This document shows, piece by piece, positions 9,015 to 18,985 of a stretch of 64,000 nucleotides of DNA. The notes beneath the pieces are model-generated. The model was not told where the DNA came from. It made no database searches and worked only from the letters and a program-made list of their open reading frames with translations. The position numbers were made by a program, and so were the translations under genes. Positions within the stretch are counted from its first letter, which is position 1. Each line of letters begins with the position of its first letter. Source of the DNA: an uncultured Actinomycetota bacterium (GTDB lineage: Bacteria > Actinomycetota > Actinomycetes > Jiangellales > Jiangellaceae); NCBI GenBank assembly GCA_963757805.1, contig CAVWSM010000008.1:2969-66968 (forward strand). The letters are read 5' to 3'.

Positions 9015-11531
9015 GTGCGTCGGTTGGTGAAGGTCTTGATCATCGTCTCCGTGGTGCTGACTCTGTTGGCAGCCACCGGCGGTGGTCTCGTGTTCTGGTC
9101 GGTGCAGCGGGCATTCCCCGACTACGACGGGGAGCAGGAGCTGTCCGGCCTGCAGGCCGATGTCACCGTGCAGCGCGACGAGCACGGCATCCCGCACATC
9201 TGGGCCGACACCTCGGAGGACCTGTTCCGGGCTCAGGGATACGTACACGCGCAGGACCGCTTCTGGGAGATGGACTTCCGCAGGCACGTCACGGCGGGGC
9301 GCATCGCGGAGTGGTTCGGCGAGGACCAGGTCGACACCGACGTGTTCATCCGCACTCTCGGGTGGCGGCGGGTCGCCGAGCAGGAGTACGAGCTGCTCGC
9401 CCCGGACTCCCGGCGCTACCTGGAGGCCTACGCCGACGGCGTCAACGCCTACCTGTCCGACCGGTCCGGCGGCGAGCTCGGGCTGCAATACACGCTGCTC
9501 GGCATGACTGGCGTCGACTACACGCCCGAGCCCTGGACCCCGGTCGACTCGATCGCCTGGCTCAAGGCCATGGCCTGGGACCTGCGGGCCAACATGGAGG
9601 ACGAGATCAGCCGGGCGCTCGTCGCGGGTGAGATGCCGATCGAGCGTGTCGAGCAGCTGTGGCCTGCCTATCCGTACGACAGGCACGACCCGATCGTCTC
9701 CGATGCTCAGCTGGCCGCGGCAGCGCCGTCCGGCCGCGTCGCGCCCGTGACGGACCCGGCTGCAGAGGTCGCCCTGCACCACGTACGGGAGGCAATCGAC
9801 AGCGTTCCTCTCCTGGTCGGCACCGGCAAGGGCGTGGGGTCCAACTCATGGGTGGTCGACGGATCACGTACGACGACAGGCCGCCCCATGCTCGTCAATG
9901 ACCCGCATCTCGGGCCGACCATGCCCTCCATCTGGTACCAGATGGGTCTGCACTGCCGCGAGCGCACAGCCGCATGCCCATTTCAGACGATGGGCTTCAC
10001 ATTCTCCGGCCTGCCCGGCGTGGTCATCGGGCACAACGACCGCATCGCCTGGGGTGTTACCAACCTCACCGCTGACGTGTCAGACCTCTACCTCGAGCAG
10101 GTCACAGGCGACTCGTACCTCGTGCCCGGCGGTAGCGAACCCCTGGTCACCCGCGAGGAGACCATCGAGGTCACGGGTGCGGATGACGTCGTGGTGACCG
10201 TACGTGCAACGCGGCACGGCCCGATCGTCTCCGACGCCGACGACATGCTCCGTACGGTCGGCGAAACCGCCCCCGTTGCCGACGGCTCGCCGGGCCGCGG
10301 CGACGGCTACGCTGTGGCCCTTCGGTGGACCGCGCTCGACCCTGGCCGTACCGTCGACGCGATCTTCGCGCTCAACCGCGCGCGCGGCTGGTCAGACTTC
10401 CGCGCCGCGGCCGCGCTGTTCGAGGTGCCGGCGCAGAACCTTGTCTATGCCGACGTCGACGGGCACATCGGCTATCAAACCCCGGGCAAGATCCCAGTGC
10501 GGGCCGACGGCGCGGACGGCCGATGGCCGGTCGCGGGATGGACCGGTACGGGAGAGTGGACGTCGAACGTTCCATTCGACGCCCTTCCGTCGGTGCTCGA
10601 TCCCGACTCGGGGTACTTCGTCACGGCCAACAACGCGGTCGTGAGCACTGCATACCCGTATCTGCTCGCCCATGACTGGGACTACGGCTACCGCAGCCAG
10701 CGCATCGTCGACCGGCTGCAGGGCGCCGAACCGCTCGACGCGGAAGCCATGGTCGACATCCAGATGGACTCCGAGAACGGCTTCGCCGACACGCTCCTGC
10801 CGTACCTGCTCGACATCGAGCTGACCGGCTACTACGCCGACGGCCAGGAACTCTTGCGCGACTGGGATGGTCGGCAGGACGCCGACTCGGGTGCGGCCGC
10901 CTACTACAACGCGGTGTGGCGCGAGCTGTTGAAGCACACGTTCAACGACGAGCTGCCGGAGGACGCACGGCCCGATGGCGGCAGCCGTTGGTGGGAGGTC
11001 GTTCGCGTCCTGCTCGAGCACCCGGACGACCTGTTCTGGGACAACGTCGACACGGTCGGCACCCGCGAGACCCGCGACGACATGCTGCGGCTCGCCATGC
11101 GCGACGGTCGCGACGAGCTGACGCGGCTGATGGCCAAGCGGGCCTCCGACTGGGAGTGGGGCCGCATCCACTCGCTCACCCTGACCGATCAGACCTTCGG
11201 CGACTCGGGGATTGGGCTGATGGAGCGGATGTTCAACCGGGGCCCGTACGAGACCGGCGGTGGCACCGACATCGTGCAGGCCAACGGGTGGGATCCGTCA
11301 GAAGGCTTCAAGGTCGCATGGGTTCCGTCGATGCGGATGGTTGTCGACCTCGCGGACTTCGACGCGTCGCGCTGGATCGACCTCACGGGGATCAGCGGAC
11401 ACCCCTACCACGACAACTACGCCGACCAGACTGAGATGTGGGCCCGCGGCGAAACGATCGCGATGCTGTGGTCGTCGGGGGCGGTGCGGGAAGCCGCCAC
11501 GAACACGCTCCGGCTGATGCCGGCCGACTAG
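9015..11531 (+). CDS. penicillin acylase family protein (Ntn hydrolase, S45)
   Basis: The signal-anchor LVKVLIIVSVVLTLLAATGG is followed by FRAQGYVHAQDRFWEMDFRRH and the SNSWVV nucleophile region. The start is uncertain (GTG 9015, TTG 9006, GTG 9027). ORF-track start 8727 would overlap the divergent peptidase gene. Confidence 0.85.
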   Translation: MRRLVKVLIIVSVVLTLLAATGGGLVFWSVQRAFPDYDGEQELSGLQADVTVQRDEHGIPHIWADTSEDLFRAQGYVHAQDRFWEMDFRRHVTAGRIAEWFGEDQVDTDVFIRTLGWRRVAEQEYELLAPDSRRYLEAYADGVNAYLSDRSGGELGLQYTLLGMTGVDYTPEPWTPVDSIAWLKAMAWDLRANMEDEISRALVAGEMPIERVEQLWPAYPYDRHDPIVSDAQLAAAAPSGRVAPVTDPAAEVALHHVREAIDSVPLLVGTGKGVGSNSWVVDGSRTTTGRPMLVNDPHLGPTMPSIWYQMGLHCRERTAACPFQTMGFTFSGLPGVVIGHNDRIAWGVTNLTADVSDLYLEQVTGDSYLVPGGSEPLVTREETIEVTGADDVVVTVRATRHGPIVSDADDMLRTVGETAPVADGSPGRGDGYAVALRWTALDPGRTVDAIFALNRARGWSDFRAAAALFEVPAQNLVYADVDGHIGYQTPGKIPVRADGADGRWPVAGWTGTGEWTSNVPFDALPSVLDPDSGYFVTANNAVVSTAYPYLLAHDWDYGYRSQRIVDRLQGAEPLDAEAMVDIQMDSENGFADTLLPYLLDIELTGYYADGQELLRDWDGRQDADSGAAAYYNAVWRELLKHTFNDELPEDARPDGGSRWWEVVRVLLEHPDDLFWDNVDTVGTRETRDDMLRLAMRDGRDELTRLMAKRASDWEWGRIHSLTLTDQTFGDSGIGLMERMFNRGPYETGGGTDIVQANGWDPSEGFKVAWVPSMRMVVDLADFDASRWIDLTGISGHPYHDNYADQTEMWARGETIAMLWSSGAVREAATNTLRLMPAD

Positions 11532-11540
11532 CGCGCTCGC

Positions 11541-12152
11541 CTACTTCAACCTCACCAGGCCGCGTGGGGTGGCGGCGGCATGCACGGGCACGTCGTGGCG
11601 TTCCCGCGGGATCGGCTCGTCCAGCACCTCACCCTCGTGCAGCAGCACACAGGTAAATGCCCGCCCAGCGACGCGGGCGAGCACGCGGTCGTACGATCCG
11701 CCGCCGCGCCCCAACCGCGTGCCGGTGCGGTCGACGGCGACGCCGGGCACGAGCACTACGGACGCGTCCAGCACGGCGTCGACACCCAGCCGAGGTCCGG
11801 TGGGCTCCAAAAGCCCCCGGGCAGCAGCCGCCAACGACGCGGCGCCGGCATAGCGCGCCCAGTCGACGTCATTGTCGGTTCGCAGCACCGGCAGCAGCAC
11901 CGTCACGCCGCGCTCGTGCAGGCTCTCGATGAGCGGTCCGGTCCCAGGCTCGCGACCGATGGACACATAGGCGGCGATAGTGCTCGCGGCCTTGACCTCG
12001 GGGATGGCCAGCAGCACGTCGCGCAGATCACGGGCCGCGAGCGATAGGTCGTACGGCGTCAATGCCGCCCGCCCGTCGAGCATCCGGCGCCGCAGGCGAG
12101 CCTTGGCAACCTCAGGTGTCCGCGGCGGTGGCGCGGACGGGATCGCGGGCAC
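11541..12152 (-). CDS. 5-formyltetrahydrofolate cyclo-ligase
   Basis: 203 aa with ...TIAAYVSIGREPGTGPLIE...LLPVL...VLVPGVAVDRTGTRLGRGGGSYDR, which is characteristic of the family. Confidence 0.85.
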   Translation of the reverse strand: MPAIPSAPPPRTPEVAKARLRRRMLDGRAALTPYDLSLAARDLRDVLLAIPEVKAASTIAAYVSIGREPGTGPLIESLHERGVTVLLPVLRTDNDVDWARYAGAASLAAAARGLLEPTGPRLGVDAVLDASVVLVPGVAVDRTGTRLGRGGGSYDRVLARVAGRAFTCVLLHEGEVLDEPIPRERHDVPVHAAATPRGLVRLK

Positions 12153-12185
12153 GCCGTCACTGTAGGCGAGCCCGACTGGCCCGGC

Positions 12186-13064
12186 TCAGCCGGAAAGCGC
12201 CAGCCCGAGCGCGAGCAGCGCCGCATAGACCAGCTCCAGCTGCCCAGTGCCGCGCAGCACCGCGATCAGCTCCCGGCCGCCGGCACCCCGCTGCACTGGA
12301 AGCGCGACCCGAAGGGCCAGCGGGAGCGACAACAACGCGAGCGCCGCCCAGGGTCGCCCGAGCAGCGACAGCGCGACTGCGAGGGCGTACGGGATCACGA
12401 CCAGCGCCAGGTAGAGCATGCGGGTCCGCGCCTGGCCCAGCTGCACCGCCAGCGTGTGTTTGCCGGCCTCTGCGTCGCTCGGAATGTCGCGCAGGTTGTT
12501 GACGACGAGCAGTGCGCACGCCAGCGAACCGATCGCAACGCCCCCAATCACCGCCCCCGGCAGGATCCGGCCCGCCTGCACGTACGCCGTGCCGACGACG
12601 GCGACGAGCCCGAAGAAGACGAAGACAGAGATCTCGCCGAAGCCCTCATATCCGTACGGCCTGGATCCGCCGGTGTAGAACCAGGCCGCGGCGATCGCGG
12701 CCGCTCCCACGATCAGCAGCCACCACGCCTGTGCGAGCAAGACGAGCAGGAGCCCGGCAACCATTGCGACCCCGAAGGCCATGAAGGCGGCCCGCTTGAC
12801 CTCGGCGGGGGCAGCAACGCCCGAGCCGATGAGCCGCCTGGGACCGACACGCTGTGAGTCGGTGCCGCGGATGCCGTCGGAGTAGTCGTTGGCATAGTTG
12901 ACCGCCACCTGCAGCGCCAGCGCGACAACCAGAGCGAGCAGCACGCGCCCCAGAACGAACGCGTCGACGGCGGCTGCCGCTCCAGCGCCTACCAGCACGG
13001 GGGCGACGGCAGCAGGCAACGTCCTGGGTCGGGCGCCTTCGACCCACTGTGCAGCAGTGGCCAT
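12186..13064 (-). CDS. menA: 1,4-dihydroxy-2-naphthoate polyprenyltransferase
   Basis: 292 aa polytopic UbiA-family protein with NYANDYSDGIRGTD and a second Asp-rich motif NNLRDIPSD. Its start overlaps the menE stop (ATGA). Confidence 0.9.
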   Translation of the reverse strand: MATAAQWVEGARPRTLPAAVAPVLVGAGAAAAVDAFVLGRVLLALVVALALQVAVNYANDYSDGIRGTDSQRVGPRRLIGSGVAAPAEVKRAAFMAFGVAMVAGLLLVLLAQAWWLLIVGAAAIAAAWFYTGGSRPYGYEGFGEISVFVFFGLVAVVGTAYVQAGRILPGAVIGGVAIGSLACALLVVNNLRDIPSDAEAGKHTLAVQLGQARTRMLYLALVVIPYALAVALSLLGRPWAALALLSLPLALRVALPVQRGAGGRELIAVLRGTGQLELVYAALLALGLALSG

Positions 13065-14368
13065 CAGGCGACCGGTGTCACGACCGACGCGCTGGTCGGG
13101 CCATCGGCCGTTGACCCGCCCCCCGGGGACGCCGAGACCAGCCGGGCGAGCGCGGCGCGGTCGACCTTGCCGCTTGGAAGCAGCGGCAGCGCCTCGACCG
13201 TCACGAGATCGCGTGGCGCGTAGGCAATAGGCGCCCTGCGGCTCGCATAAGCGCGTACGGACGCGAGTGTCGGTGGCTCGGCTGGATCACGCGGGACCAC
13301 GACGGCGACGAGGCGCTGCCCCCACTCGGGGTCGGGCACGCCCACACAGGCGGCCTCCTTGATCGCCGCATGTCCGGCGATCGCGGCCTCGGCGGCTGCG
13401 AGGGGCACGTTGACGCCCCCGCTCACCACGACGTCGTCGACCCGTCCGTGCACCGTGAGCATGCCGTCCGACGCGAGCTCGCCAAGGTCGGCCGTGGTGA
13501 ACACCTCACCCGAGAACACCTCGTCGCGGTCGGCGAAGCGATAGCCGTGGGCCAGCACCGGCCCGGCGATCTCGATGCGCCCGGCAGCGTCGGTGCGGAG
13601 GGTCACACCCTCCAACGCCCGCCCGTCGTAGACGCAGCCGCCCGCGGTCTCGGTCATTCCGTACGTCGTCACGATCGGCACGCCAGCAAGCGCGGCCCGC
13701 TGCAGCAGCGGCTCCGGAGCGGCCGCGCCGCCCAGCAGGATCGCGTGATAGGCCCGCGCCGCGTCGAGCACGGCGCCGCCGACGTCGAGGATGCGGGTGA
13801 GCTGGGTGGGCACCAACGCGGTATAGCGGCGACCAGTCGTGCGCCCGAACAGCCGCACCGTTGCCGCGGCGAAGTCGTCGGGGTCGAACCCCTCGGCCAG
13901 GTCGAGCGCAACCGGCTCGGTCCCGGCGACGATCGACCGCAGCAGCACCTGCAGGCCCGCAATGTGGGTGGCCGGAAGCGCCAGCAGCCAGTGGCCGGGA
14001 CCGCCCAGCCGGGTGAGCGTGGCGCTGGCGGAGGCGCGCAGGGCCGACTCGGTGAGCAGGACGCCCTTCGGCTCTCCGGACGAGCCTGACGTGGGTACGA
14101 CCAGCGCCACGTCGGCAGCGACCGGACGGCTCGGGTCGAGCGACGCGAGCACGCGTTCCTGCAGGTCAGCGGGGCCGGCGGGCAGCGGGAGCACCGCCGG
14201 GCCGCCCTCGAGGGCGGCCCGCAGCGGCGGCAGCAGGCTGTCGAGCACCTCGGGGCCCGGCGGCACCACGACGGCCGCGACAGGTCGGGTCTGATGATGG
14301 CTCAGGTCGCTCGCGCGCTCCCCGGTGGAGTCACCGGACGAAGCGCTCGCGTCGTTGCGGGTGTCCAT
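13064..14368 (-). CDS. menE: o-succinylbenzoate--CoA ligase
   Basis: ATG at 14368 (MDTRND...). AMP-binding motifs are VVPTSGSSGEPKGV, TTYGMTETAGG and LPLLPSGKVDR. The upstream part of ORF 13064..15127 is Arg-rich antisense of menB and was rejected. Confidence 0.85.
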   Translation of the reverse strand: MDTRNDASASSGDSTGERASDLSHHQTRPVAAVVVPPGPEVLDSLLPPLRAALEGGPAVLPLPAGPADLQERVLASLDPSRPVAADVALVVPTSGSSGEPKGVLLTESALRASASATLTRLGGPGHWLLALPATHIAGLQVLLRSIVAGTEPVALDLAEGFDPDDFAAATVRLFGRTTGRRYTALVPTQLTRILDVGGAVLDAARAYHAILLGGAAAPEPLLQRAALAGVPIVTTYGMTETAGGCVYDGRALEGVTLRTDAAGRIEIAGPVLAHGYRFADRDEVFSGEVFTTADLGELASDGMLTVHGRVDDVVVSGGVNVPLAAAEAAIAGHAAIKEAACVGVPDPEWGQRLVAVVVPRDPAEPPTLASVRAYASRRAPIAYAPRDLVTVEALPLLPSGKVDRAALARLVSASPGGGSTADGPTSASVVTPVA

Positions 14369-14430
14369 GGCGCGGCCCAGCCTACGTGCTGCCGACCCCC
14401 GGTTGGGAAGGGCGACGGGGGAGGTTTTCC

Positions 14431-15330
14431 TCAGAAGTACCAGGGGTATGGTGACCAGTCCGGGTCGCGCTTCTCGAGGAACGCGTTGCGGCCCTCGACG
14501 GCCTCGTCGGTCATGTACGCGAGGCGCGTTGCCTCGCCCGCAAACACCTGCTGGCCCACCATGCCGTCGTCGATCGCGTTGAACGCGAACTTGAGCATGC
14601 GCTGCGCCGTGGGGCTCTTGGCGTTGATCTCCCGCGCCCACTCGAGCGCCTCCCGCTCCAGGTCGGCGTGCGGCACGACGGCGTTGACCATGCCCATCCG
14701 GTGCCCGTCCGCGGCGGTGTACTCCCGGCCCAGGAAGAAGATCTCGCGGGCGAACTTCTGGCCGACCTGCCGGGCAAGATAGGCCGATCCGTACCCGCCG
14801 TCGAAAGACCCCACGTCGGCGTCTGTCTGCTTGAACCGGGCGTGCTCGGCCGACGCCAGCGTGAGGTCGCACACGACGTGCAGCGAGTGCCCACCGCCGG
14901 CCGCCCAACCCGGCACCACGGCGATGACGATCTTCGGCATGAACCGGATGAGCCGCTGCACCTCCAGGATGTGCAGCCGCCCCGCGCGCGCGGCGTCGAC
15001 CGTCTCCGCCGTCTCTCCGTCGGCGTACTGATAGCCCGACCGCCCCCGGATCCGCTGGTCGCCGCCGGAGCAGAACGCCCACCCACCGTCCTTGGGAGAT
15101 GGTCCGTTCCCGGTGAGCAGCACGCACCCGACGTCAGACGTCATGCGCGCGTGGTCGAGCGCGCGGTAGAGCTCGTCGACGGTGTGCGGCCGGAACGCGT
15201 TGCGCACCTCGGGCCGGTTGAAGGCGATACGTACGGCGCCGACGTCGGCCGCGCGGTGATAGGTGATGTCGGTGAAGTCGAATCCCTCGACCACACGCCA
15301 GGCGGAGGCGTCGAACAGCTCGGAGACCAC
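14431..15330 (-). CDS. menB: 1,4-dihydroxy-2-naphthoyl-CoA synthase
   Basis: 299 aa crotonase-fold protein with LTGNGPSPKDGGWAFCSGGDQRIRG and the C-terminal FLEKRDPDWSPYPWYF. Confidence 0.95.
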   Translation of the reverse strand: MVSELFDASAWRVVEGFDFTDITYHRAADVGAVRIAFNRPEVRNAFRPHTVDELYRALDHARMTSDVGCVLLTGNGPSPKDGGWAFCSGGDQRIRGRSGYQYADGETAETVDAARAGRLHILEVQRLIRFMPKIVIAVVPGWAAGGGHSLHVVCDLTLASAEHARFKQTDADVGSFDGGYGSAYLARQVGQKFAREIFFLGREYTAADGHRMGMVNAVVPHADLEREALEWAREINAKSPTAQRMLKFAFNAIDDGMVGQQVFAGEATRLAYMTDEAVEGRNAFLEKRDPDWSPYPWYF

Positions 15331-15408
15331 GGCGGGAGCCTAACCCCCGGGGGCTCCGCCCCAGGAACCCCCGAAGAGCGTGCTGCGGGGCCATCTACGC
15401 TCGGGGCC

Positions 15409-16356
15409 GTGCCTGTCCCGAGAGTCGTCTACGCGATTCCGCTGCGCGCCCGATTCCGCGGCATCACCGTCCGCGAGGGCGTACTGGTCGAGGGGCCGGC
15501 CGGTTGGGGTGAGTTCTCGCCGTTCTGGGACTACGGCGCCGTCGAGTCGCGGTCGTGGTGGCTGGCGGCGCATGAGGCCGCGTACGAGGGCTGGCCGACG
15601 CCGGTCCGCGACTCGGTGCCTGTCAACGTCACCGTGCCCGCGGTCGACCCCGCCCGCGCGCACGAGATCGTCGCTGACTCCGGCTGCCGGACCGCCAAGG
15701 TCAAGGTCGCGGAGCCGGGTCAGCTGGCGGCCGAGGACGAGGCGCGGCTCGAAGCCGTACGCGACGCGCTCGGGCCATCGGGAGCGATCCGCATCGACGC
15801 CAACGGTGCGTGGGCAGTGGACGAGGCCGTACGGCTGCTGCGCTTGTACGACCAGGCAGCCGGCGGGCTGGAGTACGTCGAGCAGCCCTGTGCCACTGCC
15901 GAGGAGCTTGCGGCGGTGCGGCGGAAGGTCGACGTGCTCGTCGCTGCTGACGAGTCGATCAGGCGCTCGGACGACCCACTGCTGGTGTCCAGGCTCGGCG
16001 CGGCCGACGTCGCCGTGCTCAAAGTGCAGCCGCTCGGTGGAGTCCGGGCCGCGCTGGACGTCGCCGAGCAGATCGGGCTGCCGGTCGTGGTGTCGAGCGC
16101 GCTGGAGACGTCGATCGGCATCGCCGCCGGCGTCGCTCTCGCCGCGGCTTTGCCGGAGCTGCCATTTGCCTGCGGCTTGGGGACCGTACGGCTGCTCGAG
16201 CGCGATGTGGCGGCCGAGCCGATGCTGCCGGTCGACGGCATGCTGCGCGTACGTAAGGTCTCGCCCGATCCCGCCGCGCTCGAAGCCGTACGGGCCAATT
16301 CCGTGATGGTGGCTCGCTGGGAGCAGCGGTTGGCCGAGGTCGGGGCCAACGACTGA
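15409..16356 (+). CDS. menC: o-succinylbenzoate synthase
   Basis: GTG at 15409 (VPVPRVVYAIPLRARFRGITVREGVLVEG...). Enolase-superfamily motifs are KVKV, IRIDANGAW, YVEQP and ADES. It is divergent from menB. Confidence 0.85.
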   Translation: MPVPRVVYAIPLRARFRGITVREGVLVEGPAGWGEFSPFWDYGAVESRSWWLAAHEAAYEGWPTPVRDSVPVNVTVPAVDPARAHEIVADSGCRTAKVKVAEPGQLAAEDEARLEAVRDALGPSGAIRIDANGAWAVDEAVRLLRLYDQAAGGLEYVEQPCATAEELAAVRRKVDVLVAADESIRRSDDPLLVSRLGAADVAVLKVQPLGGVRAALDVAEQIGLPVVVSSALETSIGIAAGVALAAALPELPFACGLGTVRLLERDVAAEPMLPVDGMLRVRKVSPDPAALEAVRANSVMVARWEQRLAEVGAND

Positions 16357-16357
16357 C

Positions 16358-17434
16358 TCAGGTGGGCGCGTGGCCGGACGTCGTGCCGACCCGGAGCCGC
16401 ACGGGAAGCAGCACGTTGGCTGGGCGTTCCCCGCTGAGCAGGGCCGCGACGGCGTCCCCAGTCAGCCGGCCCTTCTCGATCAGCGGCTGCTCCACCGTGG
16501 TCAGGATGTGGTCGCCGAGTCCCGGCACATCGACGCCGTCGAAGCCGACGATGCTCACGTCGCCAGGCACCCGGAGTCCGAGCGCCTTGGCCGCGGAGAG
16601 GACGCCGCTTGCCAGCAAGTCGCTCTGGGCGACGATGGCTGTGGGGCGTGGCGACGATGCAAGCAGGAAGCGGGCCGCCCGCTCGCCGTCGGCGGGGAGC
16701 ATGCCGGCCTCGTAGACCTGCGGGAGCTTGCCGAGCGCGTCCACGACTCCGTCAAGGCGGCGTCGCACGGTGGCGAAGCTGCTGTGGGCGACGCGGTCGG
16801 CGTCGGCGGGGCCGGCGTCGCCCTCCGAGGAGAGTGGTAGCGCGACCACCGCGATGCGATCGGACTGATGCCCTAGGTCGAGCAGGTGCCTGACCGCCTG
16901 CGCCGTTCCGACGCGGTCATCGATCTCGATGAGCGTGATGTCGGGCTCTGCGGTTGGGCCTTCGACCCCGACCATCGGCACGCCCCGCCGGCGGAGCTGC
17001 ACGACGAGCGGGTCACCGTCTTCGCCGCAGGTCTCGAAGATCGCGGCGTCGAGCGGCACCCTGGCCACCTGTTGAAGGCTCGGCCCACTCTGCGCCCGGT
17101 CACCGGGCAGCAGGAGCAGGCTGAGGCCGAGCGGGTTGAGCACCTCGGAGACGCCGTCCATGAGGGCGATCTGCACCGGATCGCGGAAGGCGTTGAGCAC
17201 CCGGTCCCCGATGATCACGCCGACGACGCCCGAGCTGCCCCGCCGCAGCGACTGCGCGAGCGGGTCCGGCCCGGCGTAGCCCAGCTCGGCCGCCGCGGCG
17301 AGCACGCGCTCGCGGGTCTCGGCGGCCACGGGCCCGGCCCCGCTGAATGCGAGCGACGCCGTCGACCGAGAGACGCCGGCCCGGGCCGCGACAGCGGCGA
17401 GCGTCGGCCGGTGGACGTCAGCCGGTCTCGGCAC
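16358..17434 (-). CDS. LacI family transcriptional regulator
   Basis: 358 aa with the N-terminal HTH TLAAVAARAGVSRSTASLAFSG followed by a periplasmic-binding-protein-like sugar-binding core. Confidence 0.9.
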   Translation of the reverse strand: MPRPADVHRPTLAAVAARAGVSRSTASLAFSGAGPVAAETRERVLAAAAELGYAGPDPLAQSLRRGSSGVVGVIIGDRVLNAFRDPVQIALMDGVSEVLNPLGLSLLLLPGDRAQSGPSLQQVARVPLDAAIFETCGEDGDPLVVQLRRRGVPMVGVEGPTAEPDITLIEIDDRVGTAQAVRHLLDLGHQSDRIAVVALPLSSEGDAGPADADRVAHSSFATVRRRLDGVVDALGKLPQVYEAGMLPADGERAARFLLASSPRPTAIVAQSDLLASGVLSAAKALGLRVPGDVSIVGFDGVDVPGLGDHILTTVEQPLIEKGRLTGDAVAALLSGERPANVLLPVRLRVGTTSGHAPT

Positions 17435-17488
17435 GTGTGCCTCCGTTCGCCCGCCCCATCGCCCCGATCAACCCAGTGGGAAACGCAC

Positions 17489-17517
17489 TTGACGCTCTCG
17501 CTCGATCCAACGATACT
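17489..17517 (+). promoter_or_regulatory. sigma70-like promoter candidate, TTGACG-17 nt-GATACT, facing the MFS gene
   Basis: TTGACG at 17489-17494, a 17-nt spacer, then GATACT at 17512-17517. It lies in the 218-nt divergent region between the LacI and MFS genes. Confidence 0.4.
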
Positions 17518-17544
17518 CGAATCGATCCGATCGAATCGATTCGA
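17517..17544. promoter_or_regulatory. LacI-type operator candidate: TCGAATCGATCCGA followed by the perfect palindrome TCGAATCGATTCGA
   Basis: The 14-bp perfect palindrome at 17531-17544 has a central CG (AATCGATT core, resembling the AANCGNTT core of LacI-family operators). A near copy at 17517-17530 abuts the -10 candidate. Confidence 0.45.
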
Positions 17545-17652
17545 CCTGCTGCTGATCTCCCACAACGTCCGAGCAACCGTGCCGTATAGCGCTCGGTCCT
17601 TCGGACGTTGCGGGACAAGGCCGCGCGTTTGACCGCCCGGAGGGAGGCCGTC

Positions 17653-18907
17653 ATGTCGACAATCGTCACGAACAACCTGCACCTGGTGCGGGCGCGCACT
17701 GCCGTGCTGGCGGTGTTCGCTCTCAACGGGTTCCTTTTCGCCAACTGGGTGGCCCGCGTCCCCGCCGTCCGGGATGGGCTCGACCTGTCCTCCGGTCAGC
17801 TGGGCATGCTGCTGCTCGCCCTGTCTGCGGGCGCGGTCCTTGCCCTGCCGCTGGTCGGAGCGGTGGTCATGCAGGTGGGCACCCGCCGGACCGTGATGGC
17901 GGCTGCGCTCCTTGCCGCGGTCTCGATCGTCGTCGGAGCCACGGGTGTCGCCATGGGCAGCGTGCCCATGGCCGCGCTCGGGCTCTTCGGTGTCGGTGCC
18001 GGGACCGGCGCCTGGGACGTGGCGATGAACATCGAAGGTGCCGCCGTCGAGCGCGAGCTGGGGCGCACGGTGATGCCCCAATTCCACGCTGCCTTCAGCC
18101 TCGGTGCCGTGATCGGCGCCGCGACAGGAGCGCTTGCCGCCGTACTGGACCTGCCGTTCCTCATCCACCTGACCGCCGTCGGTGCCGTCATCGCTGCCAG
18201 CGTGGTCGCAGCCGTTCGCCGCTTCCTGCCCGACGAGGTGGTGGCGCGCGACGTCGCACCGTCCGGATCGTGGTCGGGCTGGCCGAGCCTTCGGCGCATG
18301 GCTGGAGCCGCGCACCCTGCTGGTCGGCGTCCTGGTCTTCGCCGCAGCGCTGACCGAAGGTGCCGCCAACGACTGGCTCGCCATTGCGGTGGTCGACGGC
18401 TACGACGGAACTGCTGCGCTCGGCGCCGTGACGTTCGCGGTGTTCGTCGCCGCCATGACCGCCGTTCGGCTAGGTGGTAACGAGCTGCTCGACCGGTTCG
18501 GTCGGGTCCGCGTGCTCCGCGCCAGTGCGGGCATTTCGTTGGCCGGCTTGCTGGTGTTCTCGCTGGCGCCGACGTTCGGCGTGGGTCTCGTCGGTGTCGT
18601 CGCATGGGGTGCCGGAGCTGCTCTGGCCTTCCCGGTCGGGATGTCAGCGGCCGCCGACGACCCCGTGCGCGCAGCGGCGCGTGTCTCCGTCGTCTCCTCG
18701 ATCGGTTACTGCGCGTTCCTCGCGGGTCCGCCGCTGCTGGGTCTCGTCGCCGACCACATCGGCATCCGCCACACGTTGCTGTTGATCGGCATCGGCCTGC
18801 TGACCAGCATCGTGGTCGCCCGCGCCGCCGCACCACTGGCCGGTCGGGCCCAGTCCGACGAAAACGAAACCTCAACCGCCGATCTGGCGATGGCCACCAG
18901 CGACTAG
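17653..18907 (+). pseudogene. MFS transporter, frame-disrupted as assembled
   Basis: ATG at 17653 after GGAGGGAGG. TM1-6 are in ORF 17608..18480 (MSTIVTNNLHLVRARTAVLAVFALNGFLFANW...). TM7-12 are in ORF 18182..18907 (...AFGAWLEPRTLLVGVLVFAAALTEGAANDWL...). The switch lies within 18250-18290. Confidence 0.8.
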
Positions 18908-18985
18908 GAGCAAGCCCCCGGGCATGCCCTAGCCTGCAGTCACCGGCGGCACGGCCGGGGAGGGAAGGTCCAGCGCAGCAGGAGG

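Noticed and set aside
13064-15127. A 687-aa ORF suggesting a very long MenE.
   Set aside because: Everything upstream of Met at 14368 is Arg/Gly/Pro-rich and is the antisense of menB. This is a typical shadow ORF in high-GC DNA.
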